64,000 nucleotides of DNA from Nitrospirota bacterium (GTDB lineage Bacteria > Nitrospirota > Thermodesulfovibrionia > Thermodesulfovibrionales > SM23-35), in NCBI GenBank assembly GCA_040754395.1, contig JBFMCL010000004.1, positions 35,013 to 99,012 on the forward strand, in the 5' to 3' direction. Below, in pieces: positions 56,382-64,000 of this stretch. Below the pieces are notes generated by a model. The model was not told the DNA's origin. It saw only the letters and a list, made by a program, of their open reading frames with translations, and did not search any database. The translations under genes were made by a program, and so were the position numbers. Positions within the stretch are counted from its first letter, which is position 1; every line of letters starts with the position of its first letter.

Positions 56382-58003
56382 ATGGGACAGATCAGGCGTC
56401 CCAGTTTTTCGGTCATTATCAGATTGTCGGAGTAATCCACCGGACAGTCAATTATCGAAGGTACTGCCTGACTGAGGGCATCATTCAGGACAGGCAAGAG
56501 TTCATCCTCTGAAGAAATCCTGTAGCCCCTTGCGCCGAAAGACTCTGCGATACGGACGAAATCAGGGGTATTGAACTTTACGTGAAATGACTCTTTGTAC
56601 CGCAGTTTTTCTTTCCATTCTATGAGCCCGTACCCTCCGTCATTGAATATCAGGCAAACAAAACTGATGCCGAGCCTGACCGCGGTATTAATCTCGCACA
56701 TGGACATCAGAAATCCGCCGTCACCCACTGCCGCGATCACCTTTTTCTCAGGAAAAAGCAGTTTTGCCGATATGGCGGCAGGAATCCCAAAGCCCATAGA
56801 CGCAAAGCCATTGGATATAAGAACGGTATTCTCAGCATAAGCCGGAAAGAACCTGGCAATCCAGATCTTGTGAGCACCGACATCACTGATGAGTATATCA
56901 GTGCGACCGAGGACATGCCGTATTTCCTTCAATATCCTGAGAGGCCTGAGCGGAAATCCCTTGTGCGAGAAATGCACTCCATGATCTGCAAGCACCTTCA
57001 GCTTCAGGTAATAGGGAGATATCTCCCTGCCGTCCAGGCGCTCCGACAGGAGAGAAAGTGCCCTGGCGATGTCCCCGATGATTTCGATTGCAGGATAATG
57101 GGAATCCGTTTCAGACGGAACAAAGTGGATGTGGATTATCCTTTTATTCGTGTCGGGATTCCAGTACCGGGGGCTGAATTCCACAGGATCATATCCGACA
57201 GCAATAATGAGGTCTGCTTTCTCAAATCCGCATGATATATAATCACGCGATTGAAGTCCTACAGTAGAGATGAAACAGTCATCATCAGACGGTAGCGCTC
57301 CCATGCCCATGAATGTGGCTGCAACTCCGATGTGTGTTCGGGAGACAAACTTCCTCAGTGCACGCGAAGCCTTCCCACGAATAATACCGTTTCCCACGAG
57401 AACCAGAGGGAATTTTGCATCTCTAATTAAGGTGACGGCGTGATCAATGGCATCCTCTGAAGGTTCGGGGTAGTGCTCAGTTTCATGGGGAACGGGATTT
57501 CCGACTGCATCGTTCAATGCGACGTTTTCCGGGAATTCAATATGTGACGGACCTGGTTTCTCGGCAGAGGCAGTCTTGAATGCCTTTCTGACAATCTCCG
57601 GGATGACATTCGGACTCTCAATCCTTGCATTCCACTTGGTGACCGTTCTGAACGCAGAAAGAATATCAATATACTGGTGGGACTCCTTGTGAGTCTTTGC
57701 AATGCTGGTTTGCCCTGTTATTGCAACCATCGGCGAGAAATCGAGAAGGGCATCGGCAACCCCAGTCATGAGATTCGTTGCCCCCGGACCGAGTGTGGAA
57801 AGGCACACACCCGGTTTTCCGGTAAGCCTCCCATAGGCATTTGCCATGAATGCAGCCCAACGTTCATCATGGGTGGTTACCACTTCTATGGTCGATGAGG
57901 TCAGGGCTTTCAACAGGTCGATTGTCTCTTCTCCGGGGAGGCTAAAAACATGCTTAACCCCCTCTGCCTCGAGACATTTCACGAACAGTTCAGCAGAATT
58001 CAT
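56378..58003 (-). CDS. thiamine-diphosphate enzyme, catabolic acetolactate synthase (AlsS)-like
   Basis: The N-terminal PYR domain (GVKHVFSLPGEE...GKPGVCLSTLGPGATN) aligns by eye with AlsS. TPP motif GDGGF...NDGGYG. No ilvN-like small subunit nearby. Confidence 0.8.
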   Translation of the reverse strand: MNSAELFVKCLEAEGVKHVFSLPGEETIDLLKALTSSTIEVVTTHDERWAAFMANAYGRLTGKPGVCLSTLGPGATNLMTGVADALLDFSPMVAITGQTSIAKTHKESHQYIDILSAFRTVTKWNARIESPNVIPEIVRKAFKTASAEKPGPSHIEFPENVALNDAVGNPVPHETEHYPEPSEDAIDHAVTLIRDAKFPLVLVGNGIIRGKASRALRKFVSRTHIGVAATFMGMGALPSDDDCFISTVGLQSRDYISCGFEKADLIIAVGYDPVEFSPRYWNPDTNKRIIHIHFVPSETDSHYPAIEIIGDIARALSLLSERLDGREISPYYLKLKVLADHGVHFSHKGFPLRPLRILKEIRHVLGRTDILISDVGAHKIWIARFFPAYAENTVLISNGFASMGFGIPAAISAKLLFPEKKVIAAVGDGGFLMSMCEINTAVRLGISFVCLIFNDGGYGLIEWKEKLRYKESFHVKFNTPDFVRIAESFGARGYRISSEDELLPVLNDALSQAVPSIIDCPVDYSDNLIMTEKLGRLICPM

Positions 58004-58674
58004 AACAATTCATCGAAGTCGGTAATATGCAAAAAATGTCTGGACTGCTTTGGACTTACTTTGGAATTCGCCCTCGCCTTGTACAGAAGAAACCTGATGC
58101 CGAAACGCCTTGCCGTTTTCAGTATCTCCTCAGTATCATCGATGAAAAGCGTCTTCTCCCTGTCAAAGCCGAGACGTCTTTCAGCAACTTTCCAGAATTC
58201 CAGGCTTTCTTTCGGATACCCGGCATCAAACGAAGACAAAACAGTATCGAAATGTTTTCCTATCTGTGTCTTCCTGAATTTCAGGTCGATTGATTTATAA
58301 TGTGCATTCGTCACGAGAAAGACTTTTTTCCTGCGTTTCCTCATATTCATAAGAAAGGTTTCGACATGAGGATGAACTTCTATGAGATGCTTTATCTGTT
58401 CCTTCAGGGCGGGGATGTCGAGATCAAGCTCTTTCGACCAGAAGTCGAGGTCTGTCCAGTTTAATGTTCCTTCATGTATCCTGTACTTGCCCATGAGCGC
58501 TTCTTTCGCCTTGCCGAACGTGATATTATATTTTTCTGCATATGTTTCAGGAACGAGATGTTCCCAGAAGTAGTCATCAAAATACTTGTCGAGCAGAGTA
58601 CCGTCCATATCAAGGAGTACAAATTGTATTTCATCCAGAGGCACTTTCATGTGTTTTTCAGACCAAGAGAACAC
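58000..58674 (-). CDS. HAD-superfamily hydrolase (YrfG-like nucleotidase pattern)
   Basis: LLDMDGTLLDKYFDDYFWEHLVPE resembles the YrfG N-terminus. ATGA overlap with the AlsS-like gene. The ATG at 58650 is a likely alternative start. Confidence 0.7.
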   Translation of the reverse strand: MFSWSEKHMKVPLDEIQFVLLDMDGTLLDKYFDDYFWEHLVPETYAEKYNITFGKAKEALMGKYRIHEGTLNWTDLDFWSKELDLDIPALKEQIKHLIEVHPHVETFLMNMRKRRKKVFLVTNAHYKSIDLKFRKTQIGKHFDTVLSSFDAGYPKESLEFWKVAERRLGFDREKTLFIDDTEEILKTARRFGIRFLLYKARANSKVSPKQSRHFLHITDFDELL

Positions 58675-58750
58675 TTCTCTCTTCTTCTCATTTGCGTGAA
58701 TATTTCTGCATTCACAGCCAGGCCTGAACTTCCCGGCTGCCTTTCAGGCT

Positions 58751-60070
58751 TTAAAAAGGGAGGATTTTCGGTATCTTGAAGCCTTTTTTCCCCTTGAACA
58801 TCTTCAGCATTCTCTTTATTTCGATGTACTGCTTTATTACCCTGTTCACGTCCGTTACGGTTGTACCGCTTCCGGTTGCAATCCTCCTTCTTCTGCTCCC
58901 ATTGATAATCGTATGATCTCTCCGTTCCTTTTTCGTCATGGAACTGATGATTGCCTCGACTTTGACCAGTTCTCTTTCATCTATATCCATATCCTTGACC
59001 TTGTTCATGCCTGGTATCATATTAATAAGGTTTTCAAGGGGTCCCATGTTGCGCATCTTCTTCAGCTGTTCCCTGAGATCATCAAACGTGAACGATTCAT
59101 CCATTATGGTCTTCTGAAGCTTTTCCGCCTCTTTCTGGTCAAACGTTTTCTGGGCCTGCTCTATCAGACCCAGGACGTCCCCCTTGCCGAGTATCCTCGA
59201 CGCGATCCTGTCAGGATAAAACGCTTCCAGAGCATCTATCTTTTCTCCGGTCCCGATGAATTTTATTGGTTTCCCGGTAACTGAAATGATAGAGAGTGCC
59301 GCACCGCCTCTCGCATCGCCATCCATCTTGGTAAGAATGATCCCGTCAATTCCAATCTGTTCCCCGAAATTTTTAGCAATATTGACCGCATCCTGTCCTG
59401 TCATGGCATCAGCGACAAAGATAACCTCTTTTGGCAGGACACTCTCCCTGATTTTTCTGAGTTCTGTCATAAGCGACTCATCAATATGCAGCCTTCCGGC
59501 AGTATCAAGGATTACCACATCCCTTGCATCCAGTCTTGCCTTTTTGACCGCCTCGCTGCAGAGGTTCACCGGATCCTTGATTTCCCTTGATGAAAAGACA
59601 GCCACGTCAATCTGTCCACCAAGCGCGACCAGCTGGTCAATGGCAGCAGGTCTCTGGAGGTCTGCGGCAACAAGCAGAGGCCTTCTGCCTTCCTTTTTGA
59701 ACATTCTGGCAAGCTTTGCAGCTGTCGTGGTTTTTCCGGAACCGTGGAGGCCTACCATCATGATAATAGTAGGCGGGTTGGGTAACAGTTGAATCCTGCT
59801 GTTCGTTTTCCCGAGCAGTTCGCAAAGTTCGTCATTTACTATTTTGATAACCTGCTGCCCCGGGGTAAGGCTTTCGAGAACTTCCTTTCCGACAGCCTTC
59901 TCCTTTACCTTTGCAATAAACTCCTTCACAACCTTGAAATTGACGTCTGCCTCCAAAAGGGCAATACGTATCTCCTTCAGGGCAACCTCGACATCCTCTT
60001 CCTTAAGGAGGCCTTTGCCTTTCAGTTTCTTAAAGATAGATTCCAGTTTCTCGGTGAGAGATTCAAACAT
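58751..60070 (-). CDS. ffh: signal recognition particle protein Ffh
   Basis: GLHGSGKTTT, DTAGR, TKMDGDARGG and a Met-rich M domain. Confidence 0.95.
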   Translation of the reverse strand: MFESLTEKLESIFKKLKGKGLLKEEDVEVALKEIRIALLEADVNFKVVKEFIAKVKEKAVGKEVLESLTPGQQVIKIVNDELCELLGKTNSRIQLLPNPPTIIMMVGLHGSGKTTTAAKLARMFKKEGRRPLLVAADLQRPAAIDQLVALGGQIDVAVFSSREIKDPVNLCSEAVKKARLDARDVVILDTAGRLHIDESLMTELRKIRESVLPKEVIFVADAMTGQDAVNIAKNFGEQIGIDGIILTKMDGDARGGAALSIISVTGKPIKFIGTGEKIDALEAFYPDRIASRILGKGDVLGLIEQAQKTFDQKEAEKLQKTIMDESFTFDDLREQLKKMRNMGPLENLINMIPGMNKVKDMDIDERELVKVEAIISSMTKKERRDHTIINGSRRRRIATGSGTTVTDVNRVIKQYIEIKRMLKMFKGKKGFKIPKILPF

Positions 60071-60134
60071 AGAAAAACCTTTTTATCATTTGATATCGAA
60101 TGGTTACACCGCTCTCAGGATGGATACATTCTGC

Positions 60135-60469
60135 TTATGCACTGAGGAGGGAATCCAATTTTGCCTTAAGCTGCTGTTTCGGAACAACACCGACTATCTG
60201 ATCCATCTTTTCTCCGTTTTTGAAAAACATGATTGTCGGGATTCCCATGATTTTGTATCTGCTGGCGATTTCAGAATTTTCATCGGTATTCAGTTTCAAT
60301 ACTTTCACTTTGCCAGAATACTCTTTTGCCAGCTCCTCGACCGTGGGGGAGATCATCCTGCACGGACCACACCATGCCGCCCAGAAATCAATCATGACGA
60401 CCCCCTCCGTCTTGAGCACCTCATTCTCCCAGTTAGCGGTCGTCGCTTCATGTATTCCTTCTGCCATGT
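60135..60469 (-). CDS. trxA: thioredoxin
   Basis: WAAWCGPC active site. AGGAGG sits 5 nt upstream of the ATG at 60469, so the track start at 60497 is probably too long. Confidence 0.9.
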
Positions 60470-60577
60470 GAACCTCCTGTAATTCCCTTATTTTCATAAA
60501 AGGAAATTGATTGTATAATTATATTTTCCGGTCTCCGACTTTGTCAATGACAGAGGATCAAGAAAAACTTTAATTCA

Positions 60578-60607
60578 TTGACACTCTTGAGTTTTTTCTG
60601 CTATTTT
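60578..60607 (+). promoter_or_regulatory. candidate promoter placing the transcription start at the ATG of the beta-barrel gene
   Basis: TTGACA-18 nt-TATTTT, then 5 nt to the ATG at 60613. No SD. Confidence 0.35.
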
Positions 60608-60612
60608 TAACA

Positions 60613-61395
60613 ATGAAAAGCTTCTGGCTGAGCCTTTTTTTTGTATTCATTGTCCTGTGCGGAATTTCATATGGTTTCGAAGTTACCGGCATTCAGCCAG
60701 TTGACCCATACGGGGTTTTCTCGACCTTCAGCGCTGAGAGCCTTCCCCGGGGCAAGGTAGCCCTTTCTGCGGGTTCTGAAGTATCAATAGACCCTGATTT
60801 CTATCGTTTTGTTTTCAAGAGCGCATATGGCATTACTGATAATCTTGAAATCCTGCTCACTGTTCCGTACGTATTTGGCAACGATACAACAGATGGTTTT
60901 GAAGATCCCGCATTCGGCCTGAAGCACAGGTTTTTTGATGAAGGCAGGTATGGCCCATCACTTGCATACGTACTGAACGCGTCTCTCCCTTCAGGACGAA
61001 GTCAGCTGAGTACCGATGGAAGGTACGGTCTGGGTCTTGTAATCAGCAAAAGGATCGGTCCGGTAAATGGACATCTGAATCTTTTTTATGAGAAAGCCGG
61101 TTCCGGTGATTTTGAAGACGACATATCATTCCTTGCCGGACTCGATTTCGCTGCATCACACAACTTTAAGTTTCTCGCAGAGTTATACTGCAAAAAAAGT
61201 CATGATTCAGGAAAACTCGATTCAGTAGAGGGCCGGATCGGGTACAGGTTTACGACCACGGATTTTATTTATACTACATTTGGTGCAGGGTTCGATCTGA
61301 AAAACAGAAACCCTGAAACCAGAATAATATTTACAGTGACATTTCTGTCACCTGCCGAAAAAAAGAAGATCAAGAAAATATATGAAGAGGAATAA
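60613..61395 (+). CDS. putative outer-membrane beta-barrel protein
   Basis: Signal peptide and alternating amphipathic strands (e.g. RIGYRFTTTDFIYTTFGAGFD). Family uncertain. Confidence 0.45.
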   Translation: MKSFWLSLFFVFIVLCGISYGFEVTGIQPVDPYGVFSTFSAESLPRGKVALSAGSEVSIDPDFYRFVFKSAYGITDNLEILLTVPYVFGNDTTDGFEDPAFGLKHRFFDEGRYGPSLAYVLNASLPSGRSQLSTDGRYGLGLVISKRIGPVNGHLNLFYEKAGSGDFEDDISFLAGLDFAASHNFKFLAELYCKKSHDSGKLDSVEGRIGYRFTTTDFIYTTFGAGFDLKNRNPETRIIFTVTFLSPAEKKKIKKIYEEE

Positions 61396-61402
61396 CTAAG
61401 AG

Positions 61403-61777
61403 ATGTTTGATATTGGCATGCCGGAACTGATAGTAATTTTCATCGTTGCCCTCCTGGTTTTCGGCCCCAAAAAACTGCCGGAACTGGGCAGGACTCTCGG
61501 CAAAGGCCTTGGTGAATTAAAAAAGGCATTGCAGGATGTGAAGGAGTCCGTAGAAGAGGAATTCAAGGAAACAACTTCAGATATCCGCGATACGGTGACG
61601 GATGTCAAGAAGCAGCTTGAGACAGAAGTAAAATCTACCGAAAAAACAATAAAAGACACCGTGAAGGAAGTTCAGACACAGGTTGAGACCGAGTCAGAAG
61701 AACTCAACAAGACCATTGACAGCACAATAAAGGATGTGGAGGATCATGCGGACAGTGGTTCCAAAAAGGGAAAATGA
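61403..61777 (+). CDS. tatA: Tat translocase TatA/TatB-family protein with a long charged tail
   Basis: MFDIGMPELIVIFIVALLVFGPKKLPELGR is the canonical TatA/B N-terminus. At 124 aa the length is TatB-like. Confidence 0.8.
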   Translation: MFDIGMPELIVIFIVALLVFGPKKLPELGRTLGKGLGELKKALQDVKESVEEEFKETTSDIRDTVTDVKKQLETEVKSTEKTIKDTVKEVQTQVETESEELNKTIDSTIKDVEDHADSGSKKGK

Positions 61778-61919
61778 GATATTGGTTCAGGTGGTGCCTT
61801 AAAAACCTTAATGATCCATTTCAGAAATAGAATCAGAATTCCCCTGCATTGTATTGACCGCAAAACTTATCAGGTTTTGAAAATAATTCTTCCAATAGAT
61901 ACGGAGGCAGAAGGTTAGC

Positions 61920-62702
61920 ATGTCAGAAACCAGGATGATGGGATTTCTCGAACATCTCGGTGAACTCAGAAAAAAAATTACCGTTTCCTTGATCGGTTTA
62001 TGCGTTACGTTTGTCATTGCCTTCAATTTTTCCGAACAGATCCTCAGGTTCCTCATGTTCCCTCTCAAATACAGCCTGGATTTCTCGGTAACAAAAAGGT
62101 ACATGTATTTTGCGCCCCATGACAAGCTCCAGAACATGAAACTCGTGTTTCTTTCACCTGCTGAAGGATTCTGGATGAACATGAAGATCGCTATAGTTGC
62201 CGCCCTTATACTTGCACTTCCCATCATTTTCCAGCAGCTGTGGAGTTTTATTTCACCCGGACTTCATAAAAAAGAGAAAAAATATGTCGTTCCGTTTGTC
62301 CTGGTAGCAACACTCCTCTTCCTTGTTGGTGCTGCGTTCTGTTTTTTCATCGTTCTGCCGTTTGCCATGAGTTTCCTGCTTACTTACAAGATAGGGGATT
62401 TCATGATGCCGATGCTTTCAATCGGTCAGTATGTTGATTTCTGCCTTAAGTTTATTCTTGCATTCGGTGCGGTATTCGAACTTCCGATATTTATCATCTT
62501 TGCAACACGCATGGGTTTCGTAACTCCGCAAACCCTCGCAAAGAACAGGAAGTATGCCATCCTGATCGCGTTTGTGATTGCAGCCATGCTTACTCCGACG
62601 CCCGATGCCTTCAACCAGTCCCTCATGGCTGTACCAATAATCATTCTGTATGAAGTCGGGATTCTTGCCTCACGAATTTTCAGGATTAAAGAGACGGTCT
62701 AA
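61920..62702 (+). CDS. tatC: Tat translocase subunit TatC
   Basis: FLEHLGELRKK N-terminus, six TM segments and the TPTPD motif. Confidence 0.9.
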   Translation: MSETRMMGFLEHLGELRKKITVSLIGLCVTFVIAFNFSEQILRFLMFPLKYSLDFSVTKRYMYFAPHDKLQNMKLVFLSPAEGFWMNMKIAIVAALILALPIIFQQLWSFISPGLHKKEKKYVVPFVLVATLLFLVGAAFCFFIVLPFAMSFLLTYKIGDFMMPMLSIGQYVDFCLKFILAFGAVFELPIFIIFATRMGFVTPQTLAKNRKYAILIAFVIAAMLTPTPDAFNQSLMAVPIIILYEVGILASRIFRIKETV

Positions 62703-62980
62703 TGCCGACCATAAGGGGAAAAAGCCTGAAGGCGATCACCTATGACATAGCTGAAGGATATGTGGTAGTAAATCCGCTTTTTCTGAAACCGCTCGACGGA
62801 GAATCCATCAAGGGACTTTACCACGAAATGATGAAAGTTCAGGTAGAGATACGGGGAGAAAAATTTCCTCACGGCGATGTCCAGGCTATCAGGTGGAGGA
62901 ACACCCGGCTCCAAAGGCTCAATTCTGCCTCAATGGTGCTCAAAAATTTTGCCAGGGAGAGGAAGATCATTATTGTTTAA
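62702..62980 (+). CDS. hypothetical protein (92 aa) translationally coupled to tatC
   Basis: TAATG stop/start overlap with tatC. No recognisable motif. Confidence 0.4.
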   Translation: MPTIRGKSLKAITYDIAEGYVVVNPLFLKPLDGESIKGLYHEMMKVQVEIRGEKFPHGDVQAIRWRNTRLQRLNSASMVLKNFARERKIIIV

Positions 62981-63019
62981 TGTTTGACTGCTTCAAATAA
63001 CTATGTTAATTTCTAAGCA

Positions 63020-64000
63020 TGGAAATTTCCGAGGAAAGTAAAGAAGCAAGAGATATCATTCAGAACCTTATCAAGTCCAAAAAGACTATAAGGATGTATC
63101 CTCAGAACAATCCCATCTATGCAAAGATCCTCGAAGATTCTTACACCAGGTTCAAAAGCTTTTTTGATTACCATGAAAGCATTGTACTGAGCATCAAGCA
63201 AAACAGCATCCTCTACGACAACGAGCAGATCTATTACAACCCTGATAAGGAGGATAACCTCGCCCTTTTCTTCTTTAAAGACGGTTTGCGTGAACTTACA
63301 TTCAAAAAGGGACTCATGCGGGAAGAGCTCGAGGAATTTCTGAAGATTATCGCGCTTGATTTTGACAGGGATGCGATAGACGACGATGTGGTAACGCTCC
63401 TTTGGGAAAAAGACTTTCAGAATATCCAGTATGTAGTTGATGAAGCTTTTCTTGCCGATGCCGATGAAGAAGACTATTCAATAAAGACTGAGGAAAAGGC
63501 AAAAGAAAAGGTTACCGATGTAAATGACCTGATGAAGGCCTATGAGGACGGATTTGTCCAGGAAGATGTGAAGGGGATATCAATTGTTCCGCTCACGGAT
63601 AATGATCTTCAGATGCTCGTGAAGGAACTGGAAAAGGACTCTTCGGAAAAAATAGGGAAATTGACACTCATCCTCTTCGAAATCATTTACCAGTCTGAAG
63701 ACAAAACGGACGTTGAGCAGGCATTTACTTTTCTGAAGGATGCCATAAATTTTTCGATGAAGCACGGGGATATGGAAACAGCAATCGAAGTGATGAGGAA
63801 AGCGAAGAAAATACTCGAAAATCCGCTTATGGCAGAAAATGAAAAGAGATACATGATGCTGCTTCCTTCATATCTTGGCACTGATGAGATAATCAGCCTT
63901 CTTGCTGACATCCTCGACAGCGGAATCGAGATAGACACGACTATTTATGATGAATTCGTCGCCCACCTCGAAAAAAATGCGATCGAACCACTCATAAAAT
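63020..64000 (+). CDS. hypothetical protein, N-terminal 327 codons (3' end beyond the window)
   Basis: I translated it by hand from the ATG at 63020 and it stays open to the window end. Helical and acidic. Missing from the ORF track because no stop lies in the window. Confidence 0.5.

Overview
This window looks like ordinary core chromosome. I call 63 protein-coding genes, two of them cut by the window edges. By eye I found no rRNA, tRNA, CRISPR array, transposase, phage gene or defence island. Gene content suggests an anaerobe. It has a Tat-exported periplasmic [NiFe] hydrogenase with its maturation protease, a ferredoxin-fused EtfAB, an acyl-CoA dehydrogenase, TatA/TatC and PilT. It is reminiscent of Nitrospirota or deltaproteobacteria-like genomes, but that is inference only. 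I did not compute composition. Housekeeping genes: mtaD, asd, ftsY, a class A PBP, aroE, rlpA, xerC-hslVU, fabD, rpsU, hpt-queD, addAB, ffh and trxA. Carbon metabolism: a gnd-tkt-zwf-pgl oxidative pentose phosphate cluster followed by a GH15 glucoamylase. A separate HAD/AlsS-like/alpha-glucan phosphorylase operon joins its genes by 4-nt overlaps. The most unusual content is signalling. Four proteins carry five PilZ domains, one of them a PilZ/cNMP-binding/non-RD Ser/Thr kinase fusion next to an orphan GspA/GspB pair. A PilB/GspE-like protein has no P-loop but keeps a tandem MshEN c-di-GMP motif, and its gene overlaps pilT. Other points: bifurcating-type Etf signatures, a hydrogenase operon with no electron-acceptor gene, several promoters placed for leaderless mRNAs, a long structured rpsU leader, and a cytochrome P460-like gene beside an FNR-like reductase. 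No clearly new multi-gene system is strongly supported. The c-di-GMP/PilT and PilZ-kinase loci are the best candidates. All family calls rest on motifs I recognised by reading the sequence; no database search was run.
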